DNA of 64,000 nucleotides from an uncultured Chloroflexia bacterium (GCA_963697135.1 CAVOMZ010000016.1:19640-83639); one strand, 5' to 3'; numbered from the stretch's first letter, positions 9,105 through 17,713 are shown. The notes: a model not told the origin generated them from the sequence alone. Made by a program: numbers and translations.

Positions 9105-10991
9105 CTAAGTATCCTTGGACTTGTCGTACCACCAGTTAGGCATTGTCTCCTGCTGTGCGGTGCCGCCGCCCGCGACGACGTACCAGCCCCAGTTCTGCAG
9201 CCATGGCCAGCCGAGGCTGAAACTGGTGGCGTTGCCTGGGAATGGGACAATGACCATCTCCTTGGCGACCGCGCGCTGCCAGTCGTTCGAGATGGCAATG
9301 CTCTTCTTGGGGTCTAACTCCTGCCGGTGCTTCACCATGAGGTCCTTGAGGACTGGCGTGTCGTGGCCAACGTAGTCGTTGCGGCCGCTGGGCGAGAAGG
9401 TGTTCCACAACGGCAGGTCCCAGTCGACCCAGCCACCGAGGGGGTGAGTACTGAGGTCGGGGTACTGGCCGTGTCCGAAGGTGTACTTCGGCGTGATGAC
9501 GGATGTGTAGTCCGCCGGGTTGAGCTTGATGTTGAAGTGACCGCCTTCGTTCCACATCTGGACGAAGATCGAGAGCTGCTTTTCGTTTCCGAACTGGCCT
9601 TGCTGGGCAAAGGTCAGAGTGTCGCTGGCACCGAAGGCGTTGGCGGCCTTGAGGAGCTTCGCTGCTTCCGTCTTGTTGTAATCGGCGCGTTTGGCGGGAT
9701 CGCTGAGTACAGAGGATCCGGCGGCAGGATCGTAGCCGAGGAACTTTGCGTTGGGGCCGAAGTCTTTGCCGCTCGGGTCCAGCCAGACGCCCGCCCATGT
9801 GGACGGGACGTGGCTATTGATGCCGAGGTCGATGGGCAGACCCTCCTTGCGGAAACCATCGACGTTCTGGATTGCGCCGAGCCAGGCTTCGCGGTCGATG
9901 AGCATCGAAAGGGCCTGCCGCAGACGCACGTCCTTTTCCCACTTGGAGTCCGGCAGCTTGGACATGCCAACGTAGTTCTGGCTGCCGTTGCCGGTAAAGG
10001 GGCTCACCGGCACCATCTGAAGGTTGGTGTTCTCCTTCTTGACGGCGAGCACCGAGTCCGCCGATATGCTGGTGTTCGGCATCCACCACAGTCGTTTGGC
10101 CTTGAGCTGAGCGAGCGACTGTGGCCCCGCGTTCTGATAGTCCGGTATGACGGCGTAGTTGATACCGTCCAGGAAGGGGCGGTCCGCAGCCTTATACCAG
10201 TTGGGGTTGCGCTTGTATTCCCAGCCCACGCTGGGTTCATACTTCGTGAGCATCCAGGTACCGCTGCCGCGCATCTCTTGCTTCAAGTCGAATTTGCCAT
10301 CGGCTTCGATCGGCAGGACGAAGAAGTAGAAGATCGTCGCGAACATTTTGGCGATGGCGGCCATGGGAAAGGCCAGCTTGACGACGACCGTGTTTGCGTC
10401 GGGAAACTCCATCGACTTGACGGGAGCGTCCGGGTGCTTGGTGTTGGATAGAGCCGTTGCGCCGGGCGAAAGGTCCAGATAGCGGTTCCAGCTCCATCTC
10501 ACGTCGTCGCTGTTGACGAGGCGGCTGCTGGTCGGCGGCCTCGGGTCCCATTTGTTTCCCGGCCGCAGCTTCATGGTGAGCTGGGTACCGTCGGGTGCGA
10601 TTTCCCAGGAGGACGCGGCGCCCCCGTCGAGCTCGCCCGTTGGCGCGTCATCAAAGGTCCCCGGCTTGAGGCTCAGGAGCTCCTGATAGGCGTGTCCGGC
10701 ATGGCCGAAGGTGAACTGAGAATTGGTGCTGAGTGGGTCGAAGTGAAGCTGCTCCACGGCGTATGCACTCAGCATCGTGCCGCCCTTGACTGCCGACTTC
10801 GTCTGGTCGGTGGGCTTGAAGACGAGACCGGACTTGTCGGCTGTCCCTTTGCTGGCGTTCTTGCTGCCGCTATCGCTCTTACCGCCACAAGCCGCGAGGA
10901 AGGCAGCGCCCAATGCACCTGCCCCAGTCGTCACGAGGGCGCGACGGCGCGAGATGCGATGGCCGAGAGTATTTGCCCAGTAGCTATCCAT
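9105..10991 (-). CDS. ABC transporter substrate-binding protein, family 5 (peptide/nickel type), Tat-lipoprotein signal
   Basis: Start ATG 10991 with GGAGGAGGGAG Shine-Dalgarno. N-terminus ...SRRRALVTTGAGALGAAFLAACGG combines a twin-arginine motif with a lipobox. Size is about 628 aa and the pattern is SBP_bac_5-like. Confidence 0.8.
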   Translation of the reverse strand: MDSYWANTLGHRISRRRALVTTGAGALGAAFLAACGGKSDSGSKNASKGTADKSGLVFKPTDQTKSAVKGGTMLSAYAVEQLHFDPLSTNSQFTFGHAGHAYQELLSLKPGTFDDAPTGELDGGAASSWEIAPDGTQLTMKLRPGNKWDPRPPTSSRLVNSDDVRWSWNRYLDLSPGATALSNTKHPDAPVKSMEFPDANTVVVKLAFPMAAIAKMFATIFYFFVLPIEADGKFDLKQEMRGSGTWMLTKYEPSVGWEYKRNPNWYKAADRPFLDGINYAVIPDYQNAGPQSLAQLKAKRLWWMPNTSISADSVLAVKKENTNLQMVPVSPFTGNGSQNYVGMSKLPDSKWEKDVRLRQALSMLIDREAWLGAIQNVDGFRKEGLPIDLGINSHVPSTWAGVWLDPSGKDFGPNAKFLGYDPAAGSSVLSDPAKRADYNKTEAAKLLKAANAFGASDTLTFAQQGQFGNEKQLSIFVQMWNEGGHFNIKLNPADYTSVITPKYTFGHGQYPDLSTHPLGGWVDWDLPLWNTFSPSGRNDYVGHDTPVLKDLMVKHRQELDPKKSIAISNDWQRAVAKEMVIVPFPGNATSFSLGWPWLQNWGWYVVAGGGTAQQETMPNWWYDKSKDT

Positions 10992-11195
10992 TGAGAGCTC
11001 CCTCCTCCAGGGATCAGCAACCATGAGGCGCTGCCAGTCACGCCAGGCTGAATCGTGGCGCGATTGTTTCACTGGCTCGCATGCCTGTCAATCATAGGCA
11101 AATCCTTGTCTAATATCGGTAGCCTTAATTTAATCTCCCTAACTTGCTAATGAGTTCTCGTTAGTCAAAGGCCTCATGGTTGACAGGGCAGCATG

Positions 11196-11224
11196 TTGAC
11201 GAGCGTTTCGGGACGTTCTCTAAT
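11196..11224 (+). promoter_or_regulatory. candidate sigma-70-type promoter for the LigB-like gene
   Basis: TTGACG (11196-11201), a 17-nt spacer, then TCTAAT (11219-11224). It lies in the only AT-rich stretch of this intergenic region, 47 nt upstream of ATG 11271. Confidence 0.3.
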
Positions 11225-11270
11225 AGAGCGCAGCCATAGCTCCATTGGCTTCGGAAGAAAGAGGGCAACG

Positions 11271-12389
11271 ATGGGTGAAATATTAGGCATCGGCATGAGC
11301 CACTACCCCGGTATGCGCGCCGCTTCGGGCGCCGGCACCAACCTTTCCCGCATCCTCCAGCGGCCCGATATCCCAGCAGATTGGAAGGACGCCAAGAATT
11401 GGCCCGCGGAGATGCAGAAGCAGTGGTCTAACGATGAGGGCATGGCCCACTCGCTGGAGCATCGGGAAGAGTTCATAAAGCAGTGCAAGATCGCGCGCGA
11501 GGCCCTGGACCGCTTCAACCCTGACTTCGTGCTCTGCTGGGGTGACGACCAGTATGAGAACTTCAAGGAAGACATCATTCCTTCCTTCTGCGTCCTGGCC
11601 TACGACGACATGGACATTCACCCTTACCACCCGGAGCGCGACCGCCTCGATCCCAACGCGGCTGTCTCGGCCCTGGCAGCGCCTATCGACCGCCCTCCGC
11701 CGCCGAATGCGTGGGGTGAATCGCCGGACACGGTGGTCCACATCAACGGCAAGCGCGACGCGGCCAAATACCTGGCGCGGGGCCTGATCAACCAGGGCAT
11801 CGACACGGCCTACGCCTACACGCCGCTGCACTTCGAGGGGCTGGCGCACGCGTTCCTTAACACGGTCATGTTCTTGGACTGGGACCGCAAGGGCTTCGAC
11901 TACCCCTATGTCTCCATGCAGGTCAACTGCTACGGCAGCCACGTCATCGTCAACCGCGGTGGCGCTTTCCCGGTCGGCCGCGTCAACATCCCCGAGGGCG
12001 ACCTGGACCCGCCCGGCCCGACACCCAAGCGCTGCATGGAAGTCGGCGCCGCCGTGGTTCGGGCACTGAAGGAGAGCCCCTGGCGGGTGGCGGTCATCGC
12101 CTCGTCTAGTTGGTCGCACGCCTTCCTGGTACCGAAGAACTATTTCGTCCACCCGGACGTGGTCGCCGACCGCAAGATGTACGACGCACTGATCAAGGGC
12201 GACTACGACACCTGGCGCAACGTCTCCAACGCTTCTGTCGAAGAGAGCGGCTGGCAAGAGCTGCGCAACTGGTGGTGCCTCGTGGGGGCGATGGAGGAGC
12301 TGGGCCACAAGGCTCCCGCTCATCACACTTTCCTGGAGTCATGGCTGATGAACTCCAACAAGACTTTCGCGCTCTACGACCCAGCCTGA
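11271..12389 (+). CDS. class III extradiol ring-cleavage dioxygenase, LigB family
   Basis: Begins MGEILGIGMSHYPG, with ...NPDFVLCWGDDQYENF matching the LigB-type pattern. AGAGGG Shine-Dalgarno upstream. Paralog of 14273..15316. Confidence 0.7.
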   Translation: MGEILGIGMSHYPGMRAASGAGTNLSRILQRPDIPADWKDAKNWPAEMQKQWSNDEGMAHSLEHREEFIKQCKIAREALDRFNPDFVLCWGDDQYENFKEDIIPSFCVLAYDDMDIHPYHPERDRLDPNAAVSALAAPIDRPPPPNAWGESPDTVVHINGKRDAAKYLARGLINQGIDTAYAYTPLHFEGLAHAFLNTVMFLDWDRKGFDYPYVSMQVNCYGSHVIVNRGGAFPVGRVNIPEGDLDPPGPTPKRCMEVGAAVVRALKESPWRVAVIASSSWSHAFLVPKNYFVHPDVVADRKMYDALIKGDYDTWRNVSNASVEESGWQELRNWWCLVGAMEELGHKAPAHHTFLESWLMNSNKTFALYDPA

Positions 12390-12492
12390 CAACGTTAGTA
12401 ACAAGTTTCAGGTAACAAGTTCCGGCAGTTAGCTAGCCGGTTCTGCTGAGTGCGTTCGATGTTATTCGGTCGTGTCGATGCAGAGTCGGAAG

Positions 12493-12673
12493 GAACTCCA
12501 CCCTGGCTTTGCCATCCCTCCTCGCCCGGCGAGGAGGGCGACGACAGGGGTAGTCTGGCAGAAACGAGCTTCCGTACAATCTGAGTAAGAGCAAACGAAG
12601 CAGATAGAGAGACCTCCGGCTGATGCTCAGGTGACCCTCCTCGCCGGGCGAGGAGGGGTTAGGGGTGGAGTTC
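12493..12673. repeat. family C module: two CCCTCCTCGCC hairpins bracketed by 11-bp inverted repeats
   Basis: GAACTCCACCC (12493-12503) is the reverse complement of GGGTGGAGTTC (12663-12673). Internal hairpins at 12516-12538 and 12635-12657. The same architecture is nested in family B copies (539-705; about 17347-17508). Confidence 0.7.
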
Positions 12674-12744
12674 AATCGCTTTTCGAGTCTTGGCCCAAAC
12701 GTCCAATCGCCCGAGGTGACGGTGAGAGCTTGCCGCCTCGCTAG

Positions 12745-13488
12745 TTAGGTCATGCGATTGGCGGTTACAACCTGACGGTTGCTGTATTCGTGGGTCACGG
12801 GGTTGAAGTCGCCTCCGCAAGTGATGATGGTCACCGTTTCGCTGGGTGTTGAAGTAACGACTGATACCCAGTCACCGGTTGTGGCGCTGACGGGCTTGCT
12901 ATCAACGATCGAGTACTTGTAGGTGACTCCGCTGACGCGCACGTCGATTTCGTCGCCCTTGTTGAGTTTGCCGAGGTCCCAGAGGACGGACTCGCAGGGC
13001 GGCTTGACGGTGCCGTTGTGGCAGGGGGCGAAGCCGGAATCGACGTGGCCGGCGAATACCGAGTTGCCACCGAGACCCGGACCGCCGCCAAGGCCGGGGT
13101 AGCCGGAGAAGTCGTAGTAGGCGATGTCGTCCTCGCCTGTGGGGTTGGGCATCTGCCCGTCAGGACCGACCTTGTGGTAGCTCAGCGGTGCATCGACGCC
13201 GATTTTCGGGATTAGCAGGTGGTCGTCCGCGGCCACGCTGGTCAGGCTGGCGATCGGTGGCGGCGGTGGTGGCGTGGGCACCACGGTGGCATCGGGCGGC
13301 GTCTCCGCTGTTGCTTCTGCTGCAGGGCTCGACGATGAAGTCGCTGAGTTCGAGCTGTTGTCGTTGCTCTTGCTGCCACCACCGCCGCCGCCACAGCTGA
13401 CTGCGAGCGCGCTGATGATGAGAGCCACGAATGCGGCGCGAAATGGATCGCGCCAACTACCAGTAGGGTGTGTGATTTTGCCTTGCAT
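12745..13488 (-). CDS. sortase-family transpeptidase with lipoprotein-type signal
   Basis: 247 aa. The N-terminus carries a lipobox (ISALAVSCGG) and a Ser/Pro-rich linker. Sortase-like LIPKIGVDAPL, AGHVD and the catalytic-Cys context TVTIITCGG are present. Confidence 0.65.
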   Translation of the reverse strand: MQGKITHPTGSWRDPFRAAFVALIISALAVSCGGGGGGSKSNDNSSNSATSSSSPAAEATAETPPDATVVPTPPPPPPIASLTSVAADDHLLIPKIGVDAPLSYHKVGPDGQMPNPTGEDDIAYYDFSGYPGLGGGPGLGGNSVFAGHVDSGFAPCHNGTVKPPCESVLWDLGKLNKGDEIDVRVSGVTYKYSIVDSKPVSATTGDWVSVVTSTPSETVTIITCGGDFNPVTHEYSNRQVVTANRMT

Positions 13489-13662
13489 GTGATCGAGTCC
13501 TCGAGTGCTAGACCCGCCCCCCCTTGTTTACATAGCCATTATTGAGGATAAGAGGATAGCCTTCGGGCTTGCAAGCTGAAGGCTGCTTTCTGCTACGGCT
13601 TCGCCATAGGGGAGCTCGCGAAACGGGGCTGAGGTACGGAGACAACGCTCCTTGCGGGCTCC

Positions 13663-14160
13663 CATGAAATGGAGTTGAAGATGGAGCCGGTTTTGCCGCG
13701 GTGCGCTATCGCGACCTTCCGCCCCCACCCTCTTATCGTAAGAGGGACCTGAGGGCACATCCCTCAGACTCCTTGCCAAAGGGGGCTGCGCCGCCCTGGA
13801 CTCCCTGCCGGAGAATTTCATCGCGTCCGGGAAGAACGGTCAGGCCGGGCGTTGGCGTCGTTCTCTGCGCCACATTTTCATTCGCTCGTGGTGTGGCGAA
13901 GCCTCATGTCCTTCCTCCCATGAAAATGGAGTTGAAGATGGAGCCGGTTTTGCCGCGGTGCGCTATCGCGACCCTCCGCCCCCACCCTCTTTAAATAAGC
14001 GGGAGTCTGAGGGCACATCCCTCGGACTCCTTGCTCCTTCGACCTGGCTCAGGACAGGGGCCAGGGCTGCGCCCCTCTGGGACTCCCTGTCTGAGCCTTG
14101 GCATCGCTCTCTGTGCTCACATTTTCATCGGCCCAGGGTGTGGCGAAGCCCCATGCGCTG
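13663..14160 (+). repeat. family A element array (2 units, period 256 bp)
   Basis: Units start at 13663 and 13919 with CATGAAA(A)TGGAGTTGAAG. Each has the core GCCGCGGTGCGCTATCGCGACC, CCGCCCCC, a variable hairpin, and the conserved hairpin CTGAGGGCACATCCCTC(A/G)G (13749-13767, 14007-14025). Confidence 0.85.
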
Positions 14161-14272
14161 CGGGGGCTTCGATCTCTTCGCTGTTTTGCGCGCAACCCTC
14201 TCTCTCCCTGGGGGAGAGGACTTTGATTCGTCTTCTTATCGGACGACTTTGGCTTCCAAAATGCCTCCTTCG

Positions 14273-15316
14273 CTATGACAGCCAGTAGGCGAAAGCGGTG
14301 CCGATGGGCGAGGCGTAGACGGGCACGTAGTCGATGAGGGTGGCGGGCGTGCCGTCCATGGCAGCGGAGGCGGCGATCCAGTTGCAGGTCTCTCGGGTGC
14401 CGCCCTGGGGGCCGCTGAACGCGGGCATGCCGGTGCTTGCCGGACCGCGACCCGTGAGCTGCTGTGAGGTGTCGCCGGCGGGGATGCGGTAGTTGTCGAA
14501 GTACTCCGCCATGGCTCGGATGTCGCCCTTCTCCATGAGCGCTAGTGATTCGCGGTCGAAGGTCTCGTCCAGGTAGGCATTGGTGGCGCCCGGCGTGTGC
14601 CAGAGGCCGCCGGAGCCGATGATGGCGACGCGGAGATCCTCCGGATACTCGTCGATAGCGGCGCGCACGGCCTTGCCAAACTCGTAGGAGCGCTTGCCGG
14701 TGGGCTGCGGTGCGTAATAGCAGTTCATCAGAATCGGGATGATCGGCGTCTTGAGATCGGTCAAAGTCTCCGCCGGGCGCATGAAGGCGTGCCCGAGGCC
14801 GTCCTCCGGCTTCGGCATATCCATCGAGAACGCCGGGTCGAAGCCACGGGCCATGAGCCCGCGCAGGATGCCGGTCGCCAGCGCTGGGTGGCCCATGATG
14901 CGGCCGCGCGTTGGTCCGGTGTGCGCCGGTGCGTTGGCTGCCAGGTCCGGCGCGTCGTCACGGCTGCGGCCGACGGAGTCGAACGCGTCGTGGGCCAGGG
15001 CCTCAGGCGAGGACAGGGCGCCCTCGAACTCCTCGCCGACGTAGACCGCGAAGGCGGGGAAGTTGCGGAAGTCGAAGCACTCCATCTGATCGTCGCCGAA
15101 GATGACGATGACGTCCGGGTCCGCCTCCGACAGCTTGGCCTTTAGCGTATCGAAGGCCGTGGCGATACGCCGTGATTTGTCCCTGCTGGCCTCGAGGTCG
15201 TCCATCGGTACATCGGCGCGGATCGGCCGGGTGGCACGCACGGCGTTCCAGTTCTCCGGCGGCATGAAGCAAAACGGTGTGTGGGCTGTGTTGAAGACGC
15301 CTACGACTTTGGCCAT
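14273..15316 (-). CDS. class III extradiol ring-cleavage dioxygenase, LigB family
   Basis: 347 aa. MAKVVGVFNTAHTPF... and ADPDVIVIFGDDQMECF fit the LigB-type pattern. Confidence 0.75.
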   Translation of the reverse strand: MAKVVGVFNTAHTPFCFMPPENWNAVRATRPIRADVPMDDLEASRDKSRRIATAFDTLKAKLSEADPDVIVIFGDDQMECFDFRNFPAFAVYVGEEFEGALSSPEALAHDAFDSVGRSRDDAPDLAANAPAHTGPTRGRIMGHPALATGILRGLMARGFDPAFSMDMPKPEDGLGHAFMRPAETLTDLKTPIIPILMNCYYAPQPTGKRSYEFGKAVRAAIDEYPEDLRVAIIGSGGLWHTPGATNAYLDETFDRESLALMEKGDIRAMAEYFDNYRIPAGDTSQQLTGRGPASTGMPAFSGPQGGTRETCNWIAASAAMDGTPATLIDYVPVYASPIGTAFAYWLS

Positions 15317-15440
15317 GGTCGTTACCTCCGAGTTTTCAGTTCTAGTTTTCAGTTATCAGTTCTTAGCTTCGCTGACGCCGAGTTTACAAGAACTCAGAAG
15401 GCTTATGCCCGGCGCCGTCTCCATATCTCCGAGTCCCCCC

Positions 15441-15468
15441 GTAGCTGCCCAGCATGCTGGGCAGCTAC
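15441..15468. repeat. family J perfect 28-nt palindrome GTAGCTGCCCAGCATGCTGGGCAGCTAC
   Basis: The sequence is its own reverse complement. It lies 104 nt downstream of the Rieske gene stop. A related copy is at 25098-25125, with weaker ones near 27331 and 35896. Confidence 0.8.
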
Positions 15469-15571
15469 AGGCTCGAGGCACGTGATTAGACAACTCGGTC
15501 CTTGTCAAAGCTCGAGGCGATTAAGCCCTCTCCGCGCACGGAAACGGCCTGGGGAGCGGCAGCCCCCGTCC

Positions 15572-17020
15572 TCAGCCGCCGAGGCAGCCGTCGAAGGTCC
15601 GAAAGTCCTTGCTACGCGCCGCGGGCACCGCGACCGGCACCTTTACGCCGAGTAGCCGCTGCACCATGGGGTCGTCCTCGGTGCCGAGGATGCGCCAGTC
15701 TTCGCCGGGGGCGAGGATTTTCTCGGCGGAGCGAATCGTGCTGAAGGGCAGCGATGGGTCGGTGGCGGGCGGCTCGATGCCCTTGGCGAGGTCCTTCGCG
15801 GCTTTGATCAGGATGGCGCGCAGCTTGATGATCGATTTGTCGGTGGTGCCGAGGTGCTCCTGCGAGCGGTCCCAGATCGGGCCGGCGGACTCGGTGACCA
15901 TGCAGTCCTGGCTGACGAAGTTGTCGATGCCGGTGTAGAGCGTCGTCTTCTGGCGCTCGCGGTCGATCTGGTAGTCGTTCTGGGCACGCCAATCGCGCGG
16001 GCGTTCGCCGCTCATCGCCAGGGCGTTGGTCGCGGGAGCAGGCTGGCCGGGTCTGGCGCCCAGCCCGCCGGCGCCGAAGTAGGGGTAGTTGGCAGGGAAG
16101 CTGGGACCGCCGAGGGAGCCCATGCGCCATTCGTTGCTCTGCTGCATCGGCTTCATCGACGTGGTTGCGAAGTTCCACCGCCAGCAGTTCTCGTCGTCGA
16201 TCGGCACGAAGAGGCCGCTGTTGGTGCCGAAGGGCACGGACGAGACCACGGTGGTGTAAGGGATGCAGAAGGCGCTGATGCGGGCGTGGGTGTGGCCGTT
16301 GGGCGTTGTGCGCATGCCGGCGTACTTGTAGCCGTACCAGGTGTCCTGCACTTCGAGATGCGGGGCGCGGTCGTGGGCCCAGAACTTCCAGGACATGGCG
16401 TTAGTGGGGTAGCCGGGCTGGTCCGAGCCGTCGTCCGGCGTGTCCAGAATGCCGAAGTACTGATGCAGCCAGGAGATGTGGGCGGAATCCATGTTGCCTT
16501 CCATGGACTGGACCCAATTGCAGTTGGAGAACATCTTGGCGGCGCGCTGCTCCTCCGGCGGCACGGTCTCGGTGCCGAAGTCGCGGAAGCCGGTCATCGT
16601 CTCCTGCGGACCCATGTAGGTCCAGATGACGCCGCCGGACTCGTGCGTAGGGTAGGCGCCGACGCGGACTTTGGACTTGAAGTTGCTTTCGGCGGGCTCC
16701 GACGGCATGTCGACGCAGGCGCCGGCGACATCGAACTTCCAGCCGTGGTAGACGCAGCGCAGGCCGCTCTCTTCGTTGCGGCCGAAGAACATCGAGGCGC
16801 CTCGATGCGGGCAGGCGTTGGCGAACAAGCCGACCTGGCCGTCCGTGTCGCGGAAGGCGATGAGGTCTTCGCCGAGCAGTCGCACGCGCACCGGCGGGCT
16901 TTCGGGCTCCGCGACCTCCGTCGAGAGCAAGGCGGGCGTCCAGTAGCGACGCAGCAGGTTGCCCATGAGCGTGCCTGGACCGACGCGGCAGAGGATGTCG
17001 TTGTCTTCTTTAGTCAGCAT
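15572..17020 (-). CDS. Rieske [2Fe-2S] aromatic ring-hydroxylating/demethylating oxygenase, alpha subunit
   Basis: 482 aa. Rieske motif CPHRGASMFFGRNEESGLRCVYHGWKF; mononuclear iron motif NWVQSMEGNMDSAHISWLH. Confidence 0.85.
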   Translation of the reverse strand: MLTKEDNDILCRVGPGTLMGNLLRRYWTPALLSTEVAEPESPPVRVRLLGEDLIAFRDTDGQVGLFANACPHRGASMFFGRNEESGLRCVYHGWKFDVAGACVDMPSEPAESNFKSKVRVGAYPTHESGGVIWTYMGPQETMTGFRDFGTETVPPEEQRAAKMFSNCNWVQSMEGNMDSAHISWLHQYFGILDTPDDGSDQPGYPTNAMSWKFWAHDRAPHLEVQDTWYGYKYAGMRTTPNGHTHARISAFCIPYTTVVSSVPFGTNSGLFVPIDDENCWRWNFATTSMKPMQQSNEWRMGSLGGPSFPANYPYFGAGGLGARPGQPAPATNALAMSGERPRDWRAQNDYQIDRERQKTTLYTGIDNFVSQDCMVTESAGPIWDRSQEHLGTTDKSIIKLRAILIKAAKDLAKGIEPPATDPSLPFSTIRSAEKILAPGEDWRILGTEDDPMVQRLLGVKVPVAVPAARSKDFRTFDGCLGG

Positions 17021-17263
17021 GGTTGGTTACCCTCGGCAGAGCTGCCACTCGATCTGTATCGAGCGTATTTCCAGCGAGCGTACAACGGAGGTGGTGCGTC
17101 GTCCACTTTGGAAGGGGGCGCCTGGGCCGAACTACGGCACGGCTCTCGCGGGAGATGGACGGTTGTGGTCAGGCTGCTTGAGCGCTTGCCTCACCCCAAC
17201 TCCTGTCTCCTTCGACAAGCTCAGCGCATGCTTCCGAGGAGAGGGACTCTCGTGGAGGCTTGG

Positions 17264-17610
17264 CCATCAAGGACCAGCGAGTCCTTTTGCGAGAAGGAAC
17301 ATTGCTCGTCCTGCTTCAAGTCGGACGACAGGGCATCGCCGCGAGAGAAACTCCACCCCGCGTCTCTGAATCACGATCGACCATCAAAACTCGCCCTCCT
17401 CGCCCGGCAAGGAGGGTCAGGGTTGCCTTGGGTTGTTAGAGACCGTGCGACCTGGCTGATGCGCCAACGGCGTCTGAGCTCCACTCGTCGCCGGGGGTTG
17501 AGTCCTCCCGCTCTCCTTCTGAGGCTGCACTGTGTGGCCGGCATTTCATTGGCTCAGCGGTGTGGCGAAGCCTCTCCCTTCCTCGGAGGGAGAGGGGTCA
17601 GGGAGTGAGG
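17264..17610 (+). repeat. family B hairpin-rich element, copy 2
   Basis: Reverse-complement homolog of 459-798. It ends with GGCATTTCATTGGCTCAGCGGTGTGGCGAAGCCTCTCCCTTCCTC (17540-17584), the same 3' module as family A units, followed by a family D hairpin (17571-17610). Confidence 0.8.
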
Positions 17611-17713
17611 TCATCCCCACCCGCTAACCCATCCCTGCGCGAGGACTGGTATCGCGACCGGCACCGCGATACGATGCGGGCGCTAAGAGCAGCTAAATAG
17701 AGAGGGGATCGCG

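Noticed and set aside
13528-13821. Small ORFs running through family A repeats with recurring peptides such as SLRDVPSD and GAERRDSA (for example 13528..13821, 21119..21370, 21334..21558, 28438..28815, 32517..32900).
   Set aside because: The reading frame is not preserved between copies: the 28637 copy has 1-nt indels that switch the peptide to ...GGRNVATAPCSKAG. The ORFs read through unit junctions and have no Shine-Dalgarno. The conserved parts coincide with nucleic-acid hairpins. I treat them as non-coding repeats.
15854-17608. Very long antisense or overlapping ORFs (for example 15854..17608, 6535..7614, 25073..26830, 9327..10451, 11283..12326, 27550..28344).
   Set aside because: They lie opposite well-supported genes. 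Their translations are Arg/Ala/Gly/Val-rich low-complexity sequence typical of shadow ORFs in GC-rich DNA, and they lack recognisable domains.
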